DNA from: Barthelona sp. PCE | Taxonomy: Eukaryota | Assembly: GCA_040285745.1 (NCBI GenBank) | Contig: JAUFOR010000001.1 | Location: forward strand, 1,116,001-1,180,000 | Direction of reading: 5' to 3' | Length of the DNA stretch: 64,000 nt | Shown: one piece after another, positions 1 to 11,094 of the stretch | How positions within the stretch are numbered: position 1 is the first letter of the stretch | Layout of the letters: each line of letters begins with the position of its first letter | Program-made: the position numbers and the translations under genes | Notes under the pieces: model-generated | Databases searched by the model: none | What the model was told of the DNA's origin: nothing | Seen by the model: only the letters and a program-made list of their open reading frames with translations

Positions 1-693
1 ATGAGCACCACGTGTGTTCAAATACTCCGTCAGATGATGTTTCATGCTCTCCGGTGGTGTAAACGATATTGTTTTGGAATTACGAAGAGCAGCTGTTCTC
101 TTTCTTACAGACATTTGTGAACGTAGTTTTGTAGTAGTTTCTTTATCAAATACTGGAAATAACTGCTTGAATATGGCATCACGGCCCTTGTCCGTATCTT
201 CGCCGCCCAGCAACGTATCATAATCTCCTTCTGAGAGTCCCAAAACTGTTAAAAGTTGACTCTCTGTCCATTCATCTGAACCGCTTACGGCATCTGTGAG
301 GTATGAAAGCTCGTCCAACGCGGCAAATCCTCCCTTCTCAAACATCTGTGTCACCGAACTGCCATATATTGTTGGTGGTGGTGGAATGAAAGAGTTAGAA
401 GGCAAGTTATCTTGTGGACTGACTGGAGTTTCGACCAGCACTCGGTTGAGCAGCTTGACACAGGCCCTCTGAAATGGAACAGCCTCATCACGTGCATCGA
501 AAAAAACTGGATACACGTGTGTCATTATGCAATGATAAGTTGTGGCATTGGGGTACTCGGCGAGAATGGACGCGAACCCGTGTGCGAATGTTTCTGTAAC
601 GGAATCCAACGAGGAAACCGCTTGGTTGCAAAAATCCTTCCATAAACGATTAACTTTGTTTTGAACACTGCTACGGGCTTTGACAACGGTCAT
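1..693 (-). CDS. Hypothetical protein, 5' part (runs off the window start)
   Basis: ATG at 693, open to base 1 (MTVVKARSSVQNKVNRLWKDFCNQ...). Absent from the ORF track because no stop falls in the window. Confidence 0.75.
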   Translation of the reverse strand, partial: MTVVKARSSVQNKVNRLWKDFCNQAVSSLDSVTETFAHGFASILAEYPNATTYHCIMTHVYPVFFDARDEAVPFQRACVKLLNRVLVETPVSPQDNLPSNSFIPPPPTIYGSSVTQMFEKGGFAALDELSYLTDAVSGSDEWTESQLLTVLGLSEGDYDTLLGGEDTDKGRDAIFKQLFPVFDKETTTKLRSQMSVRKRTAALRNSKTISFTPPESMKHHLTEYLNTRGAH

Positions 694-832
694 TTTCGAA
701 GCAATTAATAAAGAAAAGGGATGAAAAAACGCAAACATTTCCATTATGTTTACATAGAATAATTTCAGAAAGAAAATGATACTACTAAATAATCTACATG
801 TTTTACTGAATAGTAATGTGTTGTGTAATGTG

Positions 833-3038
833 TTAATCGACATCTTCGACGTGGACCTGAGGCTGAGGAGCAGCACCGGCACCAGGAGCACCAGCACCAG
901 GGAATCCAGCACCAGGGAAACCAGCGCCAGGAGCACCAGCACCAGGGAAACCGGCACCAGGAGCACCAGCACCAGGTTGACCTTCAGCGTAAACCTTAGC
1001 CATGATGGGCATAATCTTGTTCTGGAGTTCCTCCTTCTTACCAGAGAAATCATCCTTACCAGCAGTAGCCTTGTTGGCTTCGAACCAAGTCATGGTCTCC
1101 TCAACAGCTGTTTGAATGGTAGCAACATCTTCACCAGAAAGCTTACCCTCCAACTCAGTGGTAAGGGAAGACTTAATGGAATAAGTGTAAGACTCGAGCT
1201 CATTACGGGCATCAATGGTCTCCTTAACAATACGATCCTGTTCTTCGTGTTGCTTGGCTTCCTTGATCATCTGGTCAATCTGTTCTTTAGACAGACGATC
1301 CTTATCGTTATCAATTGTAATAGACTCACTGTTACCAGTTCCGGAATCAGTAGCCTTAACCTTCATGATACCAGACTCATCAACCTCGAAAACAACCTCG
1401 ATCTTGGGAGAACCACGAGGAGCGGGGGCAATGTTAGAAAGCATAAACTGACCGAGCAAGTTGTTGTTAGCACAGAGAGGACGCTCACCTTCGAAAATAC
1501 GAATGTTAACAGAGGTTTGGTTATCGGCAGCGGTAGAGAAAGTCTCAGACTTGGAGCAAGGAATCTTGGTACCACGGGGGATCAAGACAGCCATACGCTC
1601 ACCAAGGGTTTCAATACCAAGGGAAAGAGGAGCGACATCAACCAAAAGGACATCACCAATGGTCTCATCAGGGCCCTCATAAAGAAGGTGAGCCTGGATG
1701 GCGGCACCCATAGCAACGGCCTCATCAGGGTTAAGCTTCTGGTTAGGGGTCTTACCGTTGAAGAAATCCTTGAGGAGTTGACGAACCTTAGGAATACGAG
1801 TGGAACCACCAACAAGAAGGATCTCATCAACCTCGTTCTTAGAGGTATCGGAATCACGGAGAACCTGCTGGACGGGCTCGAGACAACCACGGAAGAGATC
1901 CATGTTTAGCTCCTCGAACTTAGCACGAGTCAAAGTATACTCGAAATCCTCACCCTCGGCAAGAGCCTCGATATCGAGGACGTGCTGGGTAGCGGATGAG
2001 AGGGTACGCTTGGCACGCTCACAGTGAGTACGAAGACGACGCTTAGCACGGGCATTGTTAGAGATATCAATGCCAGTTTCCTTGGTGAATTCAGAGGCAA
2101 GGAAGGTGACGAGACGGTTATCGAAATCAGAACCACCAAGGTGAGTATCACCAGCGGTAGCAAGGACCTCCAAGAAACCACCCTCAACACAAAGAAGGGA
2201 AACATCAAAAGTACCACCACCAAGATCGAAAACAAGGACCTTACGCTCATCCTCGGATCTCTCAGAGACACCGTAGGCAACAGCGGCAGCGGTAGGTTCG
2301 TTAATAATACGAAGGACGTTGAGACCAGCAATCTCACCAGCATCACGGGTGGCGGATCTCTGAGCATCGTTGAAGTAGGCGGGGACAGTGACGACAGCGT
2401 CAGTGACCTCAACACCGAGGAACTCGGTGGCGCATTGCTTCATGTGACTGAGGACAAAAGCAGAAATCTGTTCAGCGGTGAATCTCTTCTGTTCACCCAT
2501 GTAACTAACCTCAACAAGAGGTCTGTCAGTGGAGGCATCCTTGACGACGGCGAAAGCCCAGGTTTGGGCATCACGCTGAACGCTAGGATCGTGGAATCTG
2601 TGACCAATCAAACGCTTAATATCGTGAACAGTGTTCTTAGCGTTTCTGGTAGCGGCACGGACGGCACTCTCACCAACAAGCTTGTCACTAGCAGAAAAAG
2701 CAACAACAGAGGGAGTAGTACGGGAACCAGCCAAGTTAGGGATAATTTCAACACCACCATTACGGTAGACGGCGACGGCAGAATACTAAATATTAGAAAT
2801 TTCGTTTAGAAAAGCTTGCAAGCAGACTTTCCAAAAAATATGTTGCGCAAATATTCTTATCCAACATTCACTACCACCAACAGGCGCGCAAACACAGACC
2901 TGATGCAGATGCAGTGGAATGCATTGAATAAAGAAAACTACAACAACTAACTTTTTAAAAAGTCTCACACTCACTAAGTAAGAATAATAAACATACAGTT
3001 GTACCGAGATCAATACCAACAGCGCACTTCTTAGACAT
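833..3038 (-). CDS. HSP70: Cytosolic-type Hsp70; exons 3038-2997 and 2785-833
   Basis: Spliced N-terminus [31 protein letters not shown]. Motifs [37 protein letters not shown](A/F)P repeats, ends HVEDVD. Confidence 0.97.
866..975 (-). repeat. 15-bp coding tandem repeat ([10 protein letters not shown]) in the Hsp70 tail
   Basis: Repeated gcaccagg(a/g) units, matching the peptide repeats. Confidence 0.9.
2786..2996 (-). other. Spliceosomal intron (211 nt) in Hsp70
   Basis: GTATGT...CTAATATTTAG; removal restores GIDLGTT|YS in frame. Confidence 0.93.
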
Positions 3039-3427
3039 TTTAATAATTTGATAAAAGTTAAAAAAGGGAAAGTAAGTTTTTGAATCCGTGTTCATTTTCC
3101 TTAACATATGGAATTCGATTTTACGTTTAATATGAGGTTTGGTGCCAGTTTGGCGAGAGAATTTTGCTCAAAGCTGGAGTAAAATAAAGGTCCATAAATA
3201 GGGACCATCTTTGATTTTAAAAAGGTATTTTCATGCTGCTTTTGCGGTTACATATTGATTTGTGTGTGGTTTAAGAAGTTTTTAACGAACATGAAATGCT
3301 AGTTAACAATAAATCCCCTTGTTTGGATCAATTTCAATATTTGCAGTATTTTTATGGGCTAATTTACTTACTTGGCTGAACAGAAACAAGAATCAGCAGC
3401 AAAAGAAAACGAAAAACACAAGATTAT

Positions 3428-4546
3428 TTACACTAAAGGTAAAGCTGCATCATCTTCTTGCTTCTTTGCCTCATTACTGTAATGGTTATAGGCAATTGTT
3501 GATGTGAGCAGCATAACAAAACCAAGAAGTTCGAAAATCGTGTATACACAAATCATTTCACCATATTGTGGATTAAAGTGATGTAATATGACATTTGTAA
3601 GGAATAAGAAGAACGCTCTGAGGGCGTCCAGGAGAACACGGTGCATGGGGGATAGCTTACACATAATAAGTAAACCAAGATAGTTTAGGAAGAGTACACC
3701 CATTGCGAAAGCTAAACACAATAATTTTAGTACCATACTCTGACTGAGAGCATCAAATGTTTCGAATGAATCTTCACCAATAGGAGAAGATTTGAAAATT
3801 TGAGCAACAGGTATTAGAAAAACTAGTGTTACGAGTGTTCCGCTAATTCCTTCAGCGCCAACAACTTTTTCCGTTGGATATTCGACGTCCTTGAGTAGTA
3901 GGGCTTCAACAATAGACTGTACTGCGTGTAATGATTCTCCAAGAATACTTGCAATAATACACACAATTTGAGTTGTAGTAGACGCATGGACAACGGTGTG
4001 ACCACTGGCATTGGTGTAAACTGAGGCAACACCAACGAAACTGAGACCTAAAATACTTAATAGAAGAGACATAGCCTGTTTCTTTGTCTTGCTAGGAAGA
4101 TTAAGTTTTTTCCTGTACATTTGTTCTCCAATGGCTACAAAAACTATTGTACTTCCTCTAAGCAGTTGCATAATGGTGGCATCGACGTAAACCATAGCTA
4201 TACCACTTATCGTGGACGCTAATAAATCACAGCACGAAGCTGCAGTAGTGTAAAAGATGAATTTCTTTTTTTGCTTCTTTTGAGCTTTCTTTTCTGTTTC
4301 AGTAACAAGAACATACTCAAAAGGGTTATTAGAATTTTTCCCTTTCTTTGTCTTTTTTTTTGCAGAAATCATTAAAATACTCTCCGCAACAAACATAAGT
4401 AATGTGTAGAAGATGGGTGCTTCGAAACGTTGCACTTGACTATGTTTCTTTGAAAAGTAAGTCACAGAAAAAGATGCTTTCATAGTCGTCATAGTAATAA
4501 TACCTGTAACGAAAAAGCACAATATTTGAAGATGTAAGGCTTGCAT
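3428..4546 (-). CDS. SLC35F6-like / DMT-superfamily membrane transporter
   Basis: About 10 hydrophobic segments; QLLRGSTIVF, VVGAEGISG, LSPMHRVLLDALR. Likely start MQALHLQ at 4546 (ORF open to 4624). Confidence 0.75.
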   Translation of the reverse strand: MQALHLQILCFFVTGIITMTTMKASFSVTYFSKKHSQVQRFEAPIFYTLLMFVAESILMISAKKKTKKGKNSNNPFEYVLVTETEKKAQKKQKKKFIFYTTAASCCDLLASTISGIAMVYVDATIMQLLRGSTIVFVAIGEQMYRKKLNLPSKTKKQAMSLLLSILGLSFVGVASVYTNASGHTVVHASTTTQIVCIIASILGESLHAVQSIVEALLLKDVEYPTEKVVGAEGISGTLVTLVFLIPVAQIFKSSPIGEDSFETFDALSQSMVLKLLCLAFAMGVLFLNYLGLLIMCKLSPMHRVLLDALRAFFLFLTNVILHHFNPQYGEMICVYTIFELLGFVMLLTSTIAYNHYSNEAKKQEDDAALPLV

Positions 4547-4944
4547 ATGATAGTTATTTAAGTTCACGAGTGAATGTGTAAAAGTAATAAATAGTAAAGT
4601 AAGCTTTTTAAGAACAAATCTCATTCAATGACAAGAGCCGGTTTTGTGTTTTACTGAATTTGCAAAATTGTACATTTTTCGGATACTAATGACCATAAAA
4701 CTGCCGAAACTGAATTTATAACTCTTTTTTCAGCATGTTCATAAAAGAGGTACATTTTGCTGAGCCCTGGGACTGATTGATTTTTTAGAGCTATTTAAAT
4801 ATCTTTCCATGTACAATGAGGGTATATATTGTTGTAAACGCAACAAAAATAACCCATCGCCTATTATCATTCCTGTTCTGAAATTTTTTCTCATGTTCTT
4901 GATGTAATTGATTGTACATCGATTTTATTGGCATATATTAGTTT

Positions 4945-6309
4945 ATGGGTAAGAAAAGGAACAGAAAAAATAAGGAGAAGCCCTCAAAGCGGAAGAACAA
5001 GCCTAACAGTAATGTTAGCTATGGGCTTGGGCAAAGATGTGATCACCAGTCGTTCTTGCACGGCTTTGCAAACAAAGGGCAACTCTGTTGGTTAAATAGC
5101 ATTCTACAAGTACTGTTTCAAATTCCTTCTTTGCGTGAGGAACTCCAATTATCTGGATCACAATCTCACATTGTTAAAAACATTCAGAAACTGCTTGAGG
5201 AGTCAGAATCAGCTGAATTTAGGGTTTTAAAAGCACGTTCTTTACTACCTTTTCTAATGGAATATGATCCTTCCATTACACAAGATCAACAAGATGCTCT
5301 ACATGGTTTTCTCACCCTCACGAATGCACTCCATGAACAACTAAGCTTCACAGATGAAGATATTCAATCGCGATCATTTTTCACAAGAGATAGTATAATT
5401 GATGATACCTTTAAATTTTGCACCAATATGTCGTTTGAATGTGACACGTGTATGTCAGTACATGGGTTCATACAGAATCATTACACCCTCTCGCTTGTTT
5501 TATCGGACCCAAACAAGAAAGGGAAGAAGGGAAGAATGGTAAAGAACAGCGTTAAACCAAAGCGTATCAAACAGTGGCGCAAGGAATACCGCAATGCACT
5601 GAAAAGAAAGAAGATATCACGTGCTGTTTCATTCGAAGAATTTGTGCTCAACAAGTACTCAATTAATCTCTCAGCTGAAGCTCCAAAAGAAGAAGAAGAA
5701 ACTATTGAAGATAATACTGAAGCTAAAGAAACGGGATTGACCGTCCAAAACTGTCTTGATTGGTCATTAACTGAAGATATTATTGATTTTGATTGCTATG
5801 TGTGCTTTGATACATACGCACGTCAACAATTAAAAGAAATGCGTAGATCTATACTTATGCCTGATGAATTGGCATTCCTTGCAACGAAACCACTTACAAC
5901 AAACTCAAAATCTGAGGCTCTACAGAAGGGAGAAATTGATGCTTATAATTTTATTGAGGCAAATATTTCAGAAAAATTTGACAGATACAGAAGCAAACGT
6001 GCTGTGATGCGTGAAGAACTCGTTGAAGACCATTTACCACAGGTTTTGGTGCTTCAATTAAAGCGTTTTGACTATACTGGAAAAAAAAATAACACTCCAG
6101 TTACAGTTAACAATACAATAACAGTACATAACATATGCTACACGTTAATGGGTGTCATTGACCACGCTGGTACTCTCCACCATGGTCACTACACATGTAT
6201 GATTAAAAAAGGCAATGTATCGTATTTTTGTGATGATTCTCACATATCACAGTTATCAATATCCGAAATAGACAAAATTCAACCATATTTAGTTTTTTAT
6301 GTACGGTAA
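4945..6309 (+). CDS. Ubiquitin-specific protease (peptidase C19)
   Basis: Cys box GFANKGQLCWLNSILQ, QQDA, LQLKRF, His box HAGTLHHGHY, downstream DD. Confidence 0.92.
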   Translation: MGKKRNRKNKEKPSKRKNKPNSNVSYGLGQRCDHQSFLHGFANKGQLCWLNSILQVLFQIPSLREELQLSGSQSHIVKNIQKLLEESESAEFRVLKARSLLPFLMEYDPSITQDQQDALHGFLTLTNALHEQLSFTDEDIQSRSFFTRDSIIDDTFKFCTNMSFECDTCMSVHGFIQNHYTLSLVLSDPNKKGKKGRMVKNSVKPKRIKQWRKEYRNALKRKKISRAVSFEEFVLNKYSINLSAEAPKEEEETIEDNTEAKETGLTVQNCLDWSLTEDIIDFDCYVCFDTYARQQLKEMRRSILMPDELAFLATKPLTTNSKSEALQKGEIDAYNFIEANISEKFDRYRSKRAVMREELVEDHLPQVLVLQLKRFDYTGKKNNTPVTVNNTITVHNICYTLMGVIDHAGTLHHGHYTCMIKKGNVSYFCDDSHISQLSISEIDKIQPYLVFYVR

Positions 6310-6316
6310 TTAATGA

Positions 6317-8932
6317 TTAATCTTCAAAATTAATCTCAATCTCATGTGAATCATTTTCTAAATCACTATTATTAAACGTTAAACCTTCTGCACTACCAAA
6401 AACAATAACAGTTAAAGAACCATTATCTATTACAGGCGTTGTGGGATTACTCAGCCCTATAGAACTTGTTAAATTTTGTGATCTTAAATCAGGACTTCTT
6501 TGCATCATAAAGACAAATTGTTCATCTTCAATATCTGTTTCTTCGAATGTTTCTTTAATTACATTCGATTGGGTCTGGGAAGTAAAAAGCATTGAATCAA
6601 ATACTTGAGTTCGCATATCACTTGATGTGCTACGTTGAGTAGAATTGGTATTTTGAACAAACTCAAAATCACTGATATAATCATGTTCAACCTCATTTTC
6701 TTCATAAAGTTCGCTCAATTGTAAATCATGTGGAACAAATCTGAAAGAATCTGGAACTTCATTAGCAAAACCTAAACTTGACTGTTGAGCTAAATCTTCA
6801 ATCATGCTACTCAAATTAATGCTATCTAATCCGCTACCCAAACCATAATCCATTCCTGAACCGTAACTATCCACTATTTCTTCAGTCGATATAACTCTGT
6901 AAATGTTCTTTGGTTTTTCTACGGATGTACGATACTGTTTACCCAAACCACGTTGCACAATGTTAATTCTATACTCTTGATACGTGTTGACACATCCCAT
7001 GATGATCGTTACAAACATAACCAATGCGGTAAAAACAAAACTATGATGATGAGGTTCAGTAATAATTTTAAAAACTGCTGCTATATCAAATAGCATAAAA
7101 ATTGAGTACATTATAATCTTAAATTTGTTTGTCTCTGTCTCAATATACAATTCTTCACCTTGCTCACCAACAGTTTTTGTATAAAAAAATATTCGTCGAG
7201 TATGTATGAAAAACCAACATACCATAGGGGCTATTAATAAAGGGGGAAATGGTATAAGCATTATATAACTGCTATAAATGAGCGGAAGGGCGTTGAATTG
7301 CAAATATAAACTCTGACGATTAATGGTAAACTTTATAGGTATAACAGGTTCTTCAATATCCGTTTCAAACTCTAAATCTGAAACAAAATTAAAGCTACCG
7401 TACAAGTTCAGATCAGAAGTTGGTGGTCTTTTCATTTTGATCTCAAAATTTCCATGTGAGACTAGTGAGAAATATATTAATATATCTTGTGTTCCTGTTT
7501 TAATCCCTAGACCATGTAAAAATTGAATAAAATTCAATTTCCACAAAAATGAATACTTGAGTTTTCTGTTCTGCCAACATACTTCCCAAAAATGCTCATC
7601 ATCTATATGATAAAAAGCTAAAACTAAGTTCATAGTATCTATATTCTTCATTTCCTTCTTAGAAACGTTTGGTTGCTTTCTTTTTAAGCGTTGATATTCC
7701 AAAAATATATCAATAGAGCTATCCTTTTTAATACATCTAGTGTTATCAAAAATAAACCTAATTAACAAACTACGCTCCAACAAAGACTTAGGAACAATGT
7801 GACTTTTAATATCTTGATTCAATTTTCGAATTCGTGTTAAAAATAAAATTACAAATAAAAGTAGATAATACATAAATGCGTTAAAATAAACAATTCTACC
7901 GCTAAATATACCATCATACATTGTATGTGTGAACGCCTTAAGGATAAACGGAGGAATGTACAACAAAGTAAAACTCTTTATGCCATAATGAAAATTATTT
8001 AACAAATATGCATAAATCTTTCTCAATAAAAACAACCATAAAACAAAGATTCCAAGATGTACAGCACCACCGTAAAAAGAACCAGCAATCTGTACTAATA
8101 ACTGAAAATAAACATTAAACGAATCAACAATTTTGAATGGAATGAAAAAAAGAAAAAAAACTAAATGACTTCCATAACCAAAAATCTTTGTTAAGGCAAT
8201 TGAAGAATGTACAATCATAAACTCATAAAAATTATTATTATGATAAATATTCTTTCCAAACATATTTAAAGTAAAAATTATTGAAGAACCTAACAATTGA
8301 AGTAAAAAACAAACAAATAAACTATTAATAAAAAATATTCTTCCTTTAGGTGCTTTAATAATAATATTTTTAATATATGGGAAATGTAAAGATAAAGAAT
8401 AACTGAATGCTCTAAATATTTTCCATATTAATATTACAAACATTATTGCTAATGATAAAAATGCTAACCCTACAAACGGACTAAAAACATGATATGGATC
8501 ATCATAGATATAAAAGGAACATGAACCTTCGATATTCTTAACAGAATGAATGACCTTATATGTTCCCACAGGTATAGTAATATAAAAAATATAAACACCT
8601 GAATAACCTTTCTTTGTGAATACATCAAATACTTCACAATGATCATTCATTAGCGATACAGAAGTAGAAATGTTATCTTGGTTTAAGGAGGATAAACTAT
8701 TTGTTTTCGTAAAAGAATCGTAAGCCATCATGTATGGAAATCCATAAAAGCCGTACCCAAGATCCAGGTGAATATGTGAGTCTAAATTGTCTTGTGAAAG
8801 ATGTTGTTCACAGTTATTAAACTCAATTGCTCGACCATGCACAAAAAGAAATGAAAGAAAAATCATGGGGGCGATTTTGTGTATAACTGATATCAAAACA
8901 TATGTAAAATTATACATCGCCAATATGCTCAA
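6317..8932 (-). CDS. Multi-pass membrane protein of unknown function (start uncertain)
   Basis: 871-codon ORF with many hydrophobic segments and an acidic Ser-rich tail. Confidence 0.7.
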   Translation of the reverse strand: MSILAMYNFTYVLISVIHKIAPMIFLSFLFVHGRAIEFNNCEQHLSQDNLDSHIHLDLGYGFYGFPYMMAYDSFTKTNSLSSLNQDNISTSVSLMNDHCEVFDVFTKKGYSGVYIFYITIPVGTYKVIHSVKNIEGSCSFYIYDDPYHVFSPFVGLAFLSLAIMFVILIWKIFRAFSYSLSLHFPYIKNIIIKAPKGRIFFINSLFVCFLLQLLGSSIIFTLNMFGKNIYHNNNFYEFMIVHSSIALTKIFGYGSHLVFFLFFIPFKIVDSFNVYFQLLVQIAGSFYGGAVHLGIFVLWLFLLRKIYAYLLNNFHYGIKSFTLLYIPPFILKAFTHTMYDGIFSGRIVYFNAFMYYLLLFVILFLTRIRKLNQDIKSHIVPKSLLERSLLIRFIFDNTRCIKKDSSIDIFLEYQRLKRKQPNVSKKEMKNIDTMNLVLAFYHIDDEHFWEVCWQNRKLKYSFLWKLNFIQFLHGLGIKTGTQDILIYFSLVSHGNFEIKMKRPPTSDLNLYGSFNFVSDLEFETDIEEPVIPIKFTINRQSLYLQFNALPLIYSSYIMLIPFPPLLIAPMVCWFFIHTRRIFFYTKTVGEQGEELYIETETNKFKIIMYSIFMLFDIAAVFKIITEPHHHSFVFTALVMFVTIIMGCVNTYQEYRINIVQRGLGKQYRTSVEKPKNIYRVISTEEIVDSYGSGMDYGLGSGLDSINLSSMIEDLAQQSSLGFANEVPDSFRFVPHDLQLSELYEENEVEHDYISDFEFVQNTNSTQRSTSSDMRTQVFDSMLFTSQTQSNVIKETFEETDIEDEQFVFMMQRSPDLRSQNLTSSIGLSNPTTPVIDNGSLTVIVFGSAEGLTFNNSDLENDSHEIEINFED

Positions 8933-9194
8933 ACTATGAACCTGCTAAGACTAAAAGATGAAGAAATAATAAAAACAAGACTCTCTCTTCCGTTCATACA
9001 GTTTTCTACCGGTGCCTAACATTATTTTATTGTGTTTTATGTGTTTTATGATGTGGTGTCATAAAAAATTCAAAAAATGTTGCAAAAAATTCTATCAAAA
9101 ATTTCCAACATTTAACATTCATCAAAGACTGTAAAAAGTCACAGATTGTTAAAAATATCAACTCCAATGCAGAAATATTCATGATTAAAGTACT

Positions 9195-9578
9195 TTAATG
9201 ATGTTGATTCCTACTCAAACGAGCTCTCTGAGCTGCTTCGATCTGCGCCTGCATATCGTTGTGTCTGGAAATTTGTCGTTCTCTTACTTGTTGATTGGTT
9301 GAAAGAGCCATATTGATAAATTGGTCTTGTAGATTATTCAATTCTTCATTCAGCTCTTCTATTTCAACTGCAACTGTAGCATTAGTGTTAATGATTGCCG
9401 ATTCCTTCTCAAGTTCAATAATTCGATTCTCATACTGAAGATTCTGATGATTCAAGATCTTACATTTTTCAACAAGCTCATTATTGATCTGCTCCAGTTC
9501 ATCATTGCGCTCCCTTATATATTCAATTTTTCGCTGTGATGCTAAGCAATCTTGACAAACAAGCTCTGCTGTTGGCAT
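9195..9578 (-). CDS. Small coiled-coil protein
   Basis: MPTAELVCQDC... followed by E/N/Q-rich heptad-like sequence. Confidence 0.6.
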   Translation of the reverse strand: MPTAELVCQDCLASQRKIEYIRERNDELEQINNELVEKCKILNHQNLQYENRIIELEKESAIINTNATVAVEIEELNEELNNLQDQFINMALSTNQQVRERQISRHNDMQAQIEAAQRARLSRNQHH

Positions 9579-9639
9579 GTGATTCAAGTTATAAATACAA
9601 AAGCAGGTAAAATTTCTGTTTAACAATCCATAAACCAAA

Positions 9640-9793
9640 TGACTTCATAAGGGCTGAGTTCTCTCGGATACATTGACTTCACAGGGGCTGAGTTCTCTCG
9701 GATACATGCATGTTTACTGACAGATATCTAGTTGACTTCACAGGGGCTGAGTTCTCTCGGATACATGCATGTTTACTGACAGATATCTAGTTG
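9640..9793. repeat. Tandem repeat: 34-bp core x3, the last two copies within a 59-bp unit
   Basis: tgacttcacaggggctgagttctctcggatacat at 9674 and 9733, variant at 9640; gcatgtttactgacagatatctagt follows copies 2 and 3. Confidence 0.93.
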
Positions 9794-11094
9794 GATGGCG
9801 TGAATAAGTTCCTAAGCTCGAGGTCGGGTAATTGAGTTCCCACCCCATAAAAAATAGTAAAAAAGAGAAATCCGGAATGTACGATAAAGGACGTAATTCG
9901 GACAGCACATTCATGAGTCACAGATTCACTCTGCCATGAGTTCCGTCAACCACATGCTTCCATCATTCAACAAACAAAAATACACCTTGTGGACCAACCT
10001 CTAAAACACTTCTTTATGGGTCTTAACATAAGTACTTTTGCGGTTTAAACATACCCACTGTATCAAAAAAGTTTGATGTGATAAAAAAAGTATATTAAAA
10101 AGAGGATTCCAACATTGCAGTTGGCATGGATGAAAGAAACATTTCGGTAGGAGGAGAACAGAATTGGTAAAGTATCCTAGATGCTTATAACCCTCTTAAA
10201 TTGTAGAAAAGAACTCCAATTTTTCAGATTCCTCCTCAATTTCGAACATTCTGATTTTTATGGTCAAAAAACGGCTTACTAGACGCATTCCGTCGCTGAA
10301 AACCATATGTAATATCGATATCACGTTGCATTAAAGAGAACCAAATATCTCCCCTTCTCCACATTTTGCACACACCGCCGCAGTGAAACACGGTATAATA
10401 TGCTGCCTCGATCATTTTTCCGGCCACGAAACATCTCATCTAATGAGATGTGACCTGGAAGCAAACAATTCACAACTACTTCAAACAATTCAGCAATGCA
10501 GACGTGTTTATCGGTACATATTACGCTAATAGCTACAAAGAGTCATCATGTAACAGAGGAAAGAATTGAAAACATCAACCTGCCTTGAAATATGTGCGTT
10601 ACGCAATTGTGCCTACATTTACAATATCTGCGCGCCCAACTATTAGTGCTTAGGCGTTCTCGTTGTTATGCATTTTAACTATCTGGGAGATTGCGCTAAA
10701 AGAATATCCGCTGCTTATTTTTCGAAGCGACTGAAAGGGTGAGAGATAAGGATGTGAACGAAGCAAACCCTACATTTGAGTACTGAATACTACTACTATA
10801 AGTATTCTCTGTTAATATTGTACAGTATCACAAAAATCTTCACAAGGCATCATAAGAGACTACGACAAGAGTCTTATTCGGAGTGAATACTCGCAGGGAA
10901 CTCGAGGAAGAATCGTCACAATAATTCCACATCAATTTGACGATAAGAGGAGTTAAATGAAACTTCCCCTTTTGCTTAATAATAGATTGTCCAGTTGTTC
11001 TTCGCGAATAAATTGGGTTGTGTGGGCTTCGAGGAAGATGAGCCTATTGTAGGTACAAGTCTTCATGTGCTCTTTTTATTATCAGTTATGGATT

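Noticed and set aside
833-850. Hsp70 ends in EDVD rather than EEVD
   Set aside because: Conservative variant; not enough to claim altered function.
776-2809. Long + strand ORFs (377 aa and 261 aa) antisense to Hsp70
   Set aside because: Antisense open frames are a known by-product of Hsp70 codon bias; the translations show no independent protein features.
9640-9793. Repeat-spacer pattern resembling a CRISPR array
   Set aside because: The spacers are identical or absent, there are no cas genes, and the context is eukaryotic.
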